Assembly: GCA_963723105.1 (NCBI GenBank)
Contig: CAVRPK010000001.1
Location: 208,543 to 272,542, forward strand
Reading direction: 5' to 3'
Length of the DNA stretch: 64,000 nucleotides
Source of the DNA: an uncultured Candidatus Micrarchaeota archaeon
Lineage (GTDB): Archaea; Micrarchaeota; Micrarchaeia; Anstonellales; Bilamarchaeaceae
This document shows positions 9,209 to 17,726 of this stretch, in pieces; within the stretch, counting starts at the first letter, position 1, and every line of letters begins with the position of its first letter. Position numbers and translations under genes: made by a program. The notes beneath the pieces are model-generated. The model worked only from the letters and a program-made list of their open reading frames with translations. It was not told the origin of the DNA and made no database searches.

Positions 9209-10509
9209 TATGAATCACCTGTTTGTGCTTCGTAGGATTTTTTCACGAAATCCTGTGCAAGTCTTATTACACGCTCTGAATATTGTTCAACAAACTTGAC
9301 GCATTCTTCACGTTCTTTAGTATCTATACTAGAATTTTGTTGAAGTTCATTAAAGAATTGTCCGTAATGCAATGATGAAATTTGATCTTGGACATAATCA
9401 TTCTGATTTTCAACAATCAATTTAAGTGAACCAAGAACACGTTGTTCTCCATACTGATCTGCAAATTCAGAAAGATTTGGAGATTCTCCTTGCAGAAATT
9501 CAACTGCAAGTCTACAAACGACATCTTCATTAATTGAAACCATACCACCAATACTTTCTCCACCAGGACCGGTTAATTCTTCAAGCATTTCGCCCTGCTC
9601 ATCAACATCTTCACGAAGGGCATTGAATACTTCAGAAGATACTGCCTGGCTCTCAAGAACTGCTGTTCTGTTTTCAATAGTACCCAAAGATACTGAAAGG
9701 CCTTTTTCGCCATCAATAAGATCGCGAATTCCTTTAAGATCGCTTTCAAGACCATCGACGGATGTTTTTAAGCCTTCAACTTTGGCTACCCTGTCTTTAA
9801 GTTCTTCAACTTCTTGGTCTGGCTCTTCATCTTCCTCTTCATCTTCGCCTAGGAAAGCATTTTCAAGACCAACAATCTTTTTTCCTAGTTCTTCTAATTT
9901 TGCTTCAATAGGAGCTAAAAGTTTTGTTAGTGCTGCTTGGACTACTGATTGTACAGCATCCATATCTAGCTTATCCCCATCTTCTTCTGGTTCCTCTACT
10001 TTTGGAGTTGCTCCAGTTGGATACCTTGGAGGCTTTACAGGGGCAGCTGGAATAGGAGGGGTAGATTCTTCTTCATCAGGAGTTTGAGAAAGATCTGCTT
10101 CTTCAGTTAGTGGTTCAACAAGATCATTATCAACTGCATCGATTGCTTCCTGAAGTTCAGCGAGAACCTGATCAGCATCTTCGGAAACTGCATCAACATC
10201 AGAACCTTCAAGTGCCTCAGCAAGACCTGGATCTTCTCCAAGGCCGTTTCCGCTATCAAGGTCTACTTCGCTTGTTTGCGCAGCCATAACTTCTGCTGCT
10301 GGAGGCCTTGATCTCTTTGCTAGTGCCTTTTGTTCGTCAACATCAGCTTCTCTAGTTAGATCCTTATCCCCTGGATTATTTCCTGGATTTGGCCCACAAC
10401 CAGCTCGAGGTTCCTCTGGTTTTGGATCAGGTAATTTTGGAGATGAAGGTGCTTCTTCTTTTTTCTCAGCTCCGCCTTGGAATCGTTTTCTTAGGTTTCT
10501 TAAAGCCAT
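9208..10509 (-). CDS. cassette B acidic coiled-coil protein (cytoplasmic, no TM)
   Basis: 433 aa, very D/E-rich with heptad-like stretches (LEELGKKIVGLENAF, VEELKDRVAKVEGLKTSVDGLESDLKGIRDL). 1-nt stop/start overlaps on both sides. Confidence 0.6.
   Translation of the reverse strand: MALRNLRKRFQGGAEKKEEAPSSPKLPDPKPEEPRAGCGPNPGNNPGDKDLTREADVDEQKALAKRSRPPAAEVMAAQTSEVDLDSGNGLGEDPGLAEALEGSDVDAVSEDADQVLAELQEAIDAVDNDLVEPLTEEADLSQTPDEEESTPPIPAAPVKPPRYPTGATPKVEEPEEDGDKLDMDAVQSVVQAALTKLLAPIEAKLEELGKKIVGLENAFLGEDEEEDEEPDQEVEELKDRVAKVEGLKTSVDGLESDLKGIRDLIDGEKGLSVSLGTIENRTAVLESQAVSSEVFNALREDVDEQGEMLEELTGPGGESIGGMVSINEDVVCRLAVEFLQGESPNLSEFADQYGEQRVLGSLKLIVENQNDYVQDQISSLHYGQFFNELQQNSSIDTKEREECVKFVEQYSERVIRLAQDFVKKSYEAQTGDS
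9210..9224 (-). promoter_or_regulatory. SD/initiation cassette AAACAGGTGATTCAT at the 9208 gene junction
   Basis: Minus-strand AAACAGGTGATTCATAATGGC contains GGTGA, the TAA stop of 9208-10509 and the ATG of 8036-9208. The same 15-mer recurs at 16260-16274. Confidence 0.55.
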
Positions 10510-11231
10510 TATGAATCTCCTCCTTTATCTCCTTCTTTTGGTTTTGGAGCTTCTTGTAATTCAAAGCCGCCTTGCTCTAATGTATATATAATATCTCTAA
10601 ATAGAGCTTCGGCTTCTGGTGCATCGACTTTTAGTTCCTTAACATCAGTTTCAACTTTTGCAATTCTCTCCTGGAATCTTGCAAGTGTATGTCCGAAATT
10701 ACTGACAGACTTAACCAAATGAGAAATTGCATCACCACCAGTTATTTGCTGTGCTTCTTCACCGACTTTTCGAACTACTTTGATTGTAAGTGCTTTGAGT
10801 AGACCAGCAACAGATTCTTTTGCAGAGTCTGCGGTTTCTTTTGCTGCAGTTGATTCAGATGTAACTTTTGCAACATCATCAGCCATTGCAGATGCCTTGT
10901 CAGAAGTTTCTTCTGCTGATCTTTGTGCTGCTGCTGCTGCTTGTTTTGCCTCTCCTGCGCTTGCTGCTGCAGTTGATGCAGATTTTTCTGCTGCTGAAGC
11001 TTTTCCTGCTGCTGCAGATGCTTCATTAGAAACAGAATCAAGTCTTTCCCCAAGTCTTTGCTCAAGGGATTCTCGACCAGTTTTAGCGCCGTTTTCGACG
11101 ATTCTCAAACCTTCCATTAAGGTTTGACCCAAACGTCCACCCATTAATTTGGTAACGTTTTCAGAATGTGCTGCAAGTGCACGACTTTGTGTAATAGTTT
11201 CCTTTTTAGTTTTTTGTTCCGCCAAACTCAT
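10509..11231 (-). CDS. cassette B Ala-rich helical protein (cytoplasmic, first gene of cassette)
   Basis: ~240 aa. Long low-complexity helical region (SAAAGKASAAEKSASTAAASAGEAKQAAAAAQRSAEE...). No TM segment and no family recognised. ATG 11231 or GTG 11234 are both possible starts. Confidence 0.6.
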   Translation of the reverse strand: MSLAEQKTKKETITQSRALAAHSENVTKLMGGRLGQTLMEGLRIVENGAKTGRESLEQRLGERLDSVSNEASAAAGKASAAEKSASTAAASAGEAKQAAAAAQRSAEETSDKASAMADDVAKVTSESTAAKETADSAKESVAGLLKALTIKVVRKVGEEAQQITGGDAISHLVKSVSNFGHTLARFQERIAKVETDVKELKVDAPEAEALFRDIIYTLEQGGFELQEAPKPKEGDKGGDS

Positions 11232-11319
11232 CACCTCGATGTAAATAATATAAAGTGTTTTAATCTATACATGTGTGGGATAGTATATTTAAATGTTTCG
11301 ATAGATAAACAAACGTGGT

Positions 11320-14300
11320 TCATGATAAATCCTCCGAATCAGAGCCTAAAGCCAAAGTTACATACTTCTTATCAGCAGAATACCTGTCCAAGACCACGGT
11401 TTTGTCATCATTATGTCCTTTGATCTGCTCGGAATCCGAACCATTGGATGGATCTGGAGGAATTGATGAGGTATATCTTCCTTTTTGTTTCCTTGATTCT
11501 GCAAGTCTTAGCATAGCATGACCAGCATCATCCAAATCAGGACATTGATCAATTAATCCGACTATTTCCTTGTCCAATATAAGATCGCTGATTCCGTCAG
11601 AAGATAAAAAGTCTACATCCCCATCGACTAATTTGAATCCATTAATATCAATAAATGTTGAAACAGTACCAAGTGCAGAAACAATAACATTGGTTGGGAA
11701 CTTCCCATTCGGCTCATGTCCCAGTGACTTCATCATATAAGCCATGTTATGAATTGGACATTGGAAAACAACTTCTCTATCTCGAATAATTTTGTATTCG
11801 CTATCACCAGCATGGATCCCATAGAACTGATTCCCAATTCTGAGAGTAATAGTTGCAGTTGTGCCCATATCATTTTCCTGATTTGTGCTTTTTGGATCGC
11901 GTTTCTTTGAAATTTGCTCAAAGACTACAGCCAGATCAGCAATAACAACTGCACGGCGCGCTTCTTCAGGAGTCTGAATCCAGCCTGCGCTTGCACAAAG
12001 TTCTACTGTTTCCCTTGCAACAGTGCTTGCAATCTGGCCATTGCTCATGTACCCAGGAACAGTACCCTTCATAGTGTCGTGTCCACCCATGCCATCAAAT
12101 ACTGCCTTCAAACGAATAACCTGGCCTGTTGACAAAGTGATCTCTACGCCAGTAAAACAATCATCATTTGTCTCGCAGTAGTCATCAGTGACATGCAATC
12201 TTTTTCTGCCATTATCACCATCAACCTGAAGTGTTTGGAATTTAGGAGCAGTAAGCCCTGCAACTTTAACAAAATCTACCTTTACTGCAAGTCTTGGGCC
12301 TCCTAGAAATTCTAGTAGAATATTAAATTCTTCATTCTTGGACACTGTATCCCTAAGGTTTTTTGGATCGCCTGCAATTTCAAAAAGTCTCAAAAGCTGA
12401 GGATAATACTCTTTACTATCTTCACTATCGCCAGCATATGTTTTGTTCAAAATCGCACTACCAAAAGCACTGATATTATCTTGAGGAATTTCTGCAATAG
12501 GTTTTTCATAAATTGCTTCGAGTATTTTTGTATCTGCTTCAGCATAACTCATTGGTTTAACAAATCTTAAACGATGGGCAAAATCAGAAACAGAAAACAT
12601 GTTCACAGAACCGTTCATCCATTGCCTTTGTCTTTGCTCTTTTGTTGAAGTGAACCATTTGTATGCAAATGCATTCAATATGGAATATTCGTTAGCATCC
12701 CTCCAGAAATATGCATTGCGTCTTAGTTTTTTTCTAAATGTAGTAACAGCTTCAATATTTACAAAGTCCTGCGAAGTCATTTGACTGGGATCCTTATTTA
12801 GAATAAATGAAAGAATCATGAGATTTTCTGATGAAAGTCGATGATATGGTGAAGCTTTTGATGTGACCATGGATTGGGAAAGTGAAATGATATTGAAATC
12901 ATCGAGCAAAGTTTGTTCCCAGTAACTCAGCAGCTCTGCAGGTTCTCCTCTGGTCCAAATTCCAAAACCAGTAATGTGTTTTCCAGTAACTTCAGAAGCC
13001 TGAATTCCAAAAAGACCTGCAACCATGTCTCTTTGAACTGGAGAAAGGTTTGCAGGATTTGTTATTGCACGCTCCTTTTCGTCTGGAGATGGCAGCTTAA
13101 GTGAAAACGTTTGGTATAGTGAGGCTTTGGCTTCCCGAAATGCCTTAAGGTTGGCTTTGAAATCTTCATGAGGCCAAACTGAGGCAATGTAGTTCTGCAT
13201 ACGAAGCTCACGAACTCCAGGATCCATTGTTCTGAACTTTTCAAGATCATCTGCAGTGCAATCGGTTTGATAGAGTGCTTTTGTAATCAGAATTTTTTGA
13301 TGAGGTTGCAACCTTTGGAAAATGGTTTGATCGTCTTCTACAGGTGGCTGGTCAAATACGGAAGATATTGGCTCTGCAGCCTGCGGTGGCTGCAGCGGCT
13401 CTGGAACAACTGCCGGACGTGCCTGGACTGATGGTGGAACTTGATCTGGAAGCATTGCAGTTGATTTCTGGCCAGATGCTTCCTCGCTTGCATTAACAAG
13501 ACCTACTGCAAGAGGAATAAGATTTGAAAGTTCTGGATTGTCCTTAAGTGATTCAACTGCCTTGGCATAAACAGGTGGAATTGATGGATCGACTGGAGAG
13601 CCAGAGCGGACAGTGAGTAGCATTTGAACTTGTTCTGCGGATTTTGTGTACTCTGAATTAAGACCAAGATAAAGGATCAAGGTTCTCGCAACTCTTCTTA
13701 TGTTAACATTTCTAGGACTTTCTACTCCACCAATCTTACGGGGGAAACTTTGATTCAGAGCTTTTTCAAGATCATCATTAATACCAACGTTTGGAAGATC
13801 GAAAACCAATTCTGCTGAAACATCTTCAGAAACTTTTGATGGAGGTGGAGTTGTTGGAGCTTCTGATGGAAGCTCTAGCCATCCCATAACTATTTTGTTT
13901 GAAGGAGTAACCTCCGGATGAGTAATCCGTTCACTTGAGGGAACAGCAGGTTCATCAAATTCAGCTCCTACATCAATTTCTACACCTTCTGGCCAATCTA
14001 CTTCAGTTGGATGGGGTTCAGGAGCACCAGCTTCTCCTAAAACTGCTTCAAGCGGAGTTCCGGGTTTGCTTCCTTTATCAGTGCGCTCAGAGTCAATCCA
14101 TTGATGAAGATCAAATTCAGGTTCAGTAGTTTCTTCATCCAGACTTAAGTCTGGCACAGGTTGAACTAACTGAACTTCGCGCGCTTCAACATCCGCAGCT
14201 TCAACAGGAGGCTCAAAATGAAGATCATCCAAAGGATCAGCACTTGGTTCTTCAGAAGGCTCACGTAGTTCAGCTACTTGCATTCCATCAAGATATGCAA

Positions 14301-16260
14301 TCGAAGGAGCCTCCCATCCAGTTACAAGATGAACACGACTTGTGTTTGGATCAACAGAAAATTCAAAATATAATGCATCCTGAGTTATCTCATCTGAAAG
14401 ATCAGGATCATCAAAAGCAATGATAAGCTTTGTATCCTGATCATAATAACCGCAAATTTCTTCTGGAAGAGTTCCATTGCCCCATCCACCCATAACATGA
14501 TTTCTGAAAATAGCAGGCCCGTTCTTGAGCAAAATCAATGCATTTTCAAGAGTTTCTGAAGAAGGCAATTCATCTTCAAAATGAGTAGTAATGAAAGACG
14601 GATCTGTTGATTTCATAGTATCTAAAACCGCTTCATATTCAACTCGCTCTACTGGAGTAGGAAATTCTGGATAGACATCAGAAATCATTCCCATTCCATG
14701 GGATATGCTTACAAGTGTTTTTGCCATTCGCACAGTACCAGCATGGGAATAGTCATGACGCAATGATGCAACAGATTTTTTGTAAACATCAGGAACATCC
14801 TTGTATGAGATATTGGAAAGTGAATATGTTTTCAGAGTTCTTGCCACTCTTTTGATTAGCTGGGAGTTTCGAACATCGGACCCTGGAAGGAGTGATTCAA
14901 ATTCAGCATCATAATCTTCAACATGTGGGAATGGAAATGAAAAATCAAGTCTTGATTTTGGTGGAGATGATGCCCGAACCGGAGATGATTTAGAAATGGG
15001 AGGAGGGCGTTCAGTGGAAATTGCCTTGTATGATGCTCGCATCTCATCAATAACATCCAGTGCAAGTTGAAGTTCGCTATATTTGGAACCGTGTAGTTCT
15101 ACTAATTGGGCAAGGCGTTTTACTTTTGATGATGTAAGTGAAGAGGAAATGCGTTCAGCTTTTACTGCTCCGTGATATTCGGCTAGAGTCTCAATTGCAG
15201 CCTCAAGATCCTCAACTGCAACAGGTATTGCTAGTTCTTCGAGTAGTTCCAGAGGCTTGGACATCAGCTCTTTAATGTGATCATTGAGAGCTTCAATTTC
15301 TAAGGAAACTTTCAAAGCAGCATCCAATCTTGGAGTATGTTTTAGTTGAGTCATGCGTCTTTCAACAAAACCCTCTTTTGTTAGATCACCAGAAACAGGA
15401 TTTTGTAGCCGGTATTCGTAAATGTCAAGCACGTCTCTGGCATTTGAATAATCAGTAAGAACTTGGGCTCTGGCAGATTCATCAAGGATCTGTGGAATTC
15501 TGGATTCAATCCAGCGCAAATCAGGAAGCAATTCCAGTGCGAGAGTAAATGGAGCAGTTTTGGAATTATCTTCCTTTAGTGCCTTTTTAAAAATCGGAAG
15601 TCCGATGTACATGAAATTAAGTGGTGGTACCGATGCCACACCTCCTTTGCTATCTTCTGAATTCGGATCAGCCTGGTGATATAGAAGCATATCATTTGCC
15701 GATTCAATATCAGCTTTTGCCGAAGCACGCAATTCTTCAACAGATACTTCAGACGAAGATCTGGATAATTCAATAAAATGGAGATTGAGATCAAGTTCTT
15801 CAAAAGCAATTTTAAGCTCTGTTGAGCGATCAGATTTTATTGCAGCTTTTTTGAAATTTGGATTTGCAAGAATATTCATTAGAAGACGTTCTTTTTGTGG
15901 AGTTACTGTATCAGGTATTGGAGCATCAGGATTTGCAGCCATTTTTTCAGCTTCAATGACCAGACCAATTGCAAATGTACGCTGCTGATCACTATAATCT
16001 CTGCCAGGTAATTGAGGATGAGTATGTCTAAAATCACCACCTGGACGCGATACGATATTTGTCTCGTTTTCAAGTTCAGGAGATGTTGAAAATTTGATTA
16101 TAGAAATTTTTGGAGCTTCAAAATAATACTGTACTGGAAAGGATCTTCTGATTAAAGATCTTGCAGTTGCTTCAGGAGAGGTGATCCGGGACCTTAAACT
16201 TCTCAGAGATACATTTGGTTTAGTTGGAAAATTGCCGGTTGATGAGTTCCTCTCGCCCAA
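11320..16260 (-). CDS. giant (~1646 aa) cytoplasmic protein with C-terminal PP2C (PPM) Ser/Thr phosphatase domain
   Basis: The C-terminal ~300 aa carry PPM motifs AVFDGMGGHD, GTTATITL...GIHAGDSEY, LSSDGISDLI, DDKTVVL. No TM segment. Internal repeat I[KR]RVARTL. Start set to TTG 16260..16258, 4 nt after GGTGA. The longer track ORF (to 16410) runs into a tRNA gene. Confidence 0.75.
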   Translation of the reverse strand: MGERNSSTGNFPTKPNVSLRSLRSRITSPEATARSLIRRSFPVQYYFEAPKISIIKFSTSPELENETNIVSRPGGDFRHTHPQLPGRDYSDQQRTFAIGLVIEAEKMAANPDAPIPDTVTPQKERLLMNILANPNFKKAAIKSDRSTELKIAFEELDLNLHFIELSRSSSEVSVEELRASAKADIESANDMLLYHQADPNSEDSKGGVASVPPLNFMYIGLPIFKKALKEDNSKTAPFTLALELLPDLRWIESRIPQILDESARAQVLTDYSNARDVLDIYEYRLQNPVSGDLTKEGFVERRMTQLKHTPRLDAALKVSLEIEALNDHIKELMSKPLELLEELAIPVAVEDLEAAIETLAEYHGAVKAERISSSLTSSKVKRLAQLVELHGSKYSELQLALDVIDEMRASYKAISTERPPPISKSSPVRASSPPKSRLDFSFPFPHVEDYDAEFESLLPGSDVRNSQLIKRVARTLKTYSLSNISYKDVPDVYKKSVASLRHDYSHAGTVRMAKTLVSISHGMGMISDVYPEFPTPVERVEYEAVLDTMKSTDPSFITTHFEDELPSSETLENALILLKNGPAIFRNHVMGGWGNGTLPEEICGYYDQDTKLIIAFDDPDLSDEITQDALYFEFSVDPNTSRVHLVTGWEAPSIAYLDGMQVAELREPSEEPSADPLDDLHFEPPVEAADVEAREVQLVQPVPDLSLDEETTEPEFDLHQWIDSERTDKGSKPGTPLEAVLGEAGAPEPHPTEVDWPEGVEIDVGAEFDEPAVPSSERITHPEVTPSNKIVMGWLELPSEAPTTPPPSKVSEDVSAELVFDLPNVGINDDLEKALNQSFPRKIGGVESPRNVNIRRVARTLILYLGLNSEYTKSAEQVQMLLTVRSGSPVDPSIPPVYAKAVESLKDNPELSNLIPLAVGLVNASEEASGQKSTAMLPDQVPPSVQARPAVVPEPLQPPQAAEPISSVFDQPPVEDDQTIFQRLQPHQKILITKALYQTDCTADDLEKFRTMDPGVRELRMQNYIASVWPHEDFKANLKAFREAKASLYQTFSLKLPSPDEKERAITNPANLSPVQRDMVAGLFGIQASEVTGKHITGFGIWTRGEPAELLSYWEQTLLDDFNIISLSQSMVTSKASPYHRLSSENLMILSFILNKDPSQMTSQDFVNIEAVTTFRKKLRRNAYFWRDANEYSILNAFAYKWFTSTKEQRQRQWMNGSVNMFSVSDFAHRLRFVKPMSYAEADTKILEAIYEKPIAEIPQDNISAFGSAILNKTYAGDSEDSKEYYPQLLRLFEIAGDPKNLRDTVSKNEEFNILLEFLGGPRLAVKVDFVKVAGLTAPKFQTLQVDGDNGRKRLHVTDDYCETNDDCFTGVEITLSTGQVIRLKAVFDGMGGHDTMKGTVPGYMSNGQIASTVARETVELCASAGWIQTPEEARRAVVIADLAVVFEQISKKRDPKSTNQENDMGTTATITLRIGNQFYGIHAGDSEYKIIRDREVVFQCPIHNMAYMMKSLGHEPNGKFPTNVIVSALGTVSTFIDINGFKLVDGDVDFLSSDGISDLILDKEIVGLIDQCPDLDDAGHAMLRLAESRKQKGRYTSSIPPDPSNGSDSEQIKGHNDDKTVVLDRYSADKKYVTLALGSDSEDLS

Positions 16261-16274
16261 TGAATCACCTGTTT
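16260..16274 (-). promoter_or_regulatory. SD/initiation cassette AAACAGGTGATTCAT in front of the PP2C giant gene
   Basis: Minus-strand GAAACAGGTGATTCATTGGGCG. 15 nt identical to 9210-9224. Preceded by a TATA-like gtatatatgtatag. Confidence 0.5.
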
Positions 16275-16392
16275 CTATACATATATACTTGTGTAAGTAG
16301 GATTTATAAACCGTTGTGTGTATTTGTGCCCACAACTGTATTAACATTAAACTGCAGGGTTTTTCAATATTTCTCAAAGGAACAATAATGGT

Positions 16393-16580
16393 GGGCTTGT
16401 AGCTCAGCAAACTTTTGGAAAAAGTTTGATCAAAACTGACTTACTAAAAGTTCGAGCAATAGTAGAGCGCTCCGTTCGCAAAAACTTTTTGGAAATGTCC
16501 AAAAAATTTAGGAAATCGGAGAGGCCGGGGGTGCGACAGCTATAAATTTGATAAAATAGCCGCAGATCCCCCCAAGTCCA
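16393..16580 (+). tRNA. tRNA-Ala(CGC) gene interrupted by three insertions (D-loop, anticodon loop 37/38, T-loop)
   Basis: All four stems pair perfectly across the insertions. Acceptor GGGCUUG/CAAGUCC with G3:U70 and discriminator A. D stem GCUC (16402-05)/GAGC (16465-68). Anticodon stem CUCCG (16470-74)/CGGAG (16517-21) with loop UUCGCA. T stem GGGGG (16527-31)/CCCCC (16568-72). The spliced model is 75 nt. Confidence 0.7.
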
Positions 16581-16646
16581 TATTTCCCAAGAAGGGAATT
16601 GGTTTATATTGATTTTGTAGCACTTTTGATTCAAACTGATGATTCT

Positions 16647-17726
16647 ATGCTTCCTAATATATACAAGGGGGACTATAGATTGCTTTCTATAGCGCCTCTG
16701 ATTTTAATGGCAATATCGCTCTTTTTCATTCCATCGATAAAGATGGGGGTCGACTTCCAGGGCGGAACACTTGTGACACTTACTCTTGAGAATGCAATAG
16801 ATTCTGAAGAGCTTCAAGCGCAGCTGCAAGAAGAAGGACTTGAAGCAACAGTCAATTCATATGAAACTTCTATTGGCTACATTGCTGAGATTGAAGTTCC
16901 ACAAAGCGATAATCTTGTTCGGGCAGAAGAACTCAAAGCAGAATTTAATGATAAAATTCCAGAAGTTTCGCAACTAGAAATTTTATCTTACCAGGATAGC
17001 TCATACATTTCAGAATTCAAAGAGAAAAAGACTGAGATTGATGAAGTTGCAAATGAACTGTTCGTAATGGCAGGTATGGGAAAGGTTGCTACAAACAGCA
17101 CCAATGATCTTGAGCGCGAATTTTCAACAGCATATTCACAGGTATATTCGAATTATCAGCAATCAATATCAAAACCAATAGAAAAACATGTAAGCTATAG
17201 CTCAATGTCGGTCCAAACAGTAAGTCCTGTTCTGTCTGAAAAATTCATTGGAACGGTTATTGATACAATAATTTTTTCAGCAATTTTGAGTGTTATTCTG
17301 GTATTCATGTTCTTTAGATCAATACCACCGAGCATTGCTGTTTTGACAGGGGCGTTTGCAGATATTGTAATTGCACTTGGGGCAATGGGACTCTTTGGAA
17401 TTCCACTCACACTAGCTTCATTTGCTGCACTGCTTATGCTTATAGGATATTCACTTGATACAGATATTTTGCTTACAACAAGAATTCTAAAAAGAAAGGG
17501 AGACCCAAGAGAAAATGCATTTGATGCAATGAAAACAGGATTGACCATGAGCGTTACTGGAATTATTGCTTTTAGTTCGTTATTCATATTATCAGTGTGG
17601 ACACATATACCAACCTATTTTGAGATTTCAGGAGTAGCTCTCGCAGGACTTGTTGGGGACATGTTTGCAACATGGGGAATCAATGCGGTTCTTGTATTGC
17701 ACTATGCAACGAAGAGGGATGACTAA
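16647..17726 (+). CDS. secF: protein-export membrane protein SecF
   Basis: TM1, then GVDFQGGT, an extracytoplasmic domain and a C-terminal 5-TM block. ATGA overlap with secD. Start moved to ATG 16647 because the TTG at 16599 lies only 19 nt after the tRNA. Confidence 0.8.
   Translation: MLPNIYKGDYRLLSIAPLILMAISLFFIPSIKMGVDFQGGTLVTLTLENAIDSEELQAQLQEEGLEATVNSYETSIGYIAEIEVPQSDNLVRAEELKAEFNDKIPEVSQLEILSYQDSSYISEFKEKKTEIDEVANELFVMAGMGKVATNSTNDLEREFSTAYSQVYSNYQQSISKPIEKHVSYSSMSVQTVSPVLSEKFIGTVIDTIIFSAILSVILVFMFFRSIPPSIAVLTGAFADIVIALGAMGLFGIPLTLASFAALLMLIGYSLDTDILLTTRILKRKGDPRENAFDAMKTGLTMSVTGIIAFSSLFILSVWTHIPTYFEISGVALAGLVGDMFATWGINAVLVLHYATKRDD

Noticed and set aside
16261-16634. The N-terminal 50 codons of track ORF 11320-16410, and the 76-aa ORF 16404-16634
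   Set aside because: Both run through the tRNA-Ala locus and AT-rich promoter-like DNA. The sequence there looks like non-coding translation. A GGTGA-preceded TTG at 16260, identical in context to another gene junction, gives a better start.
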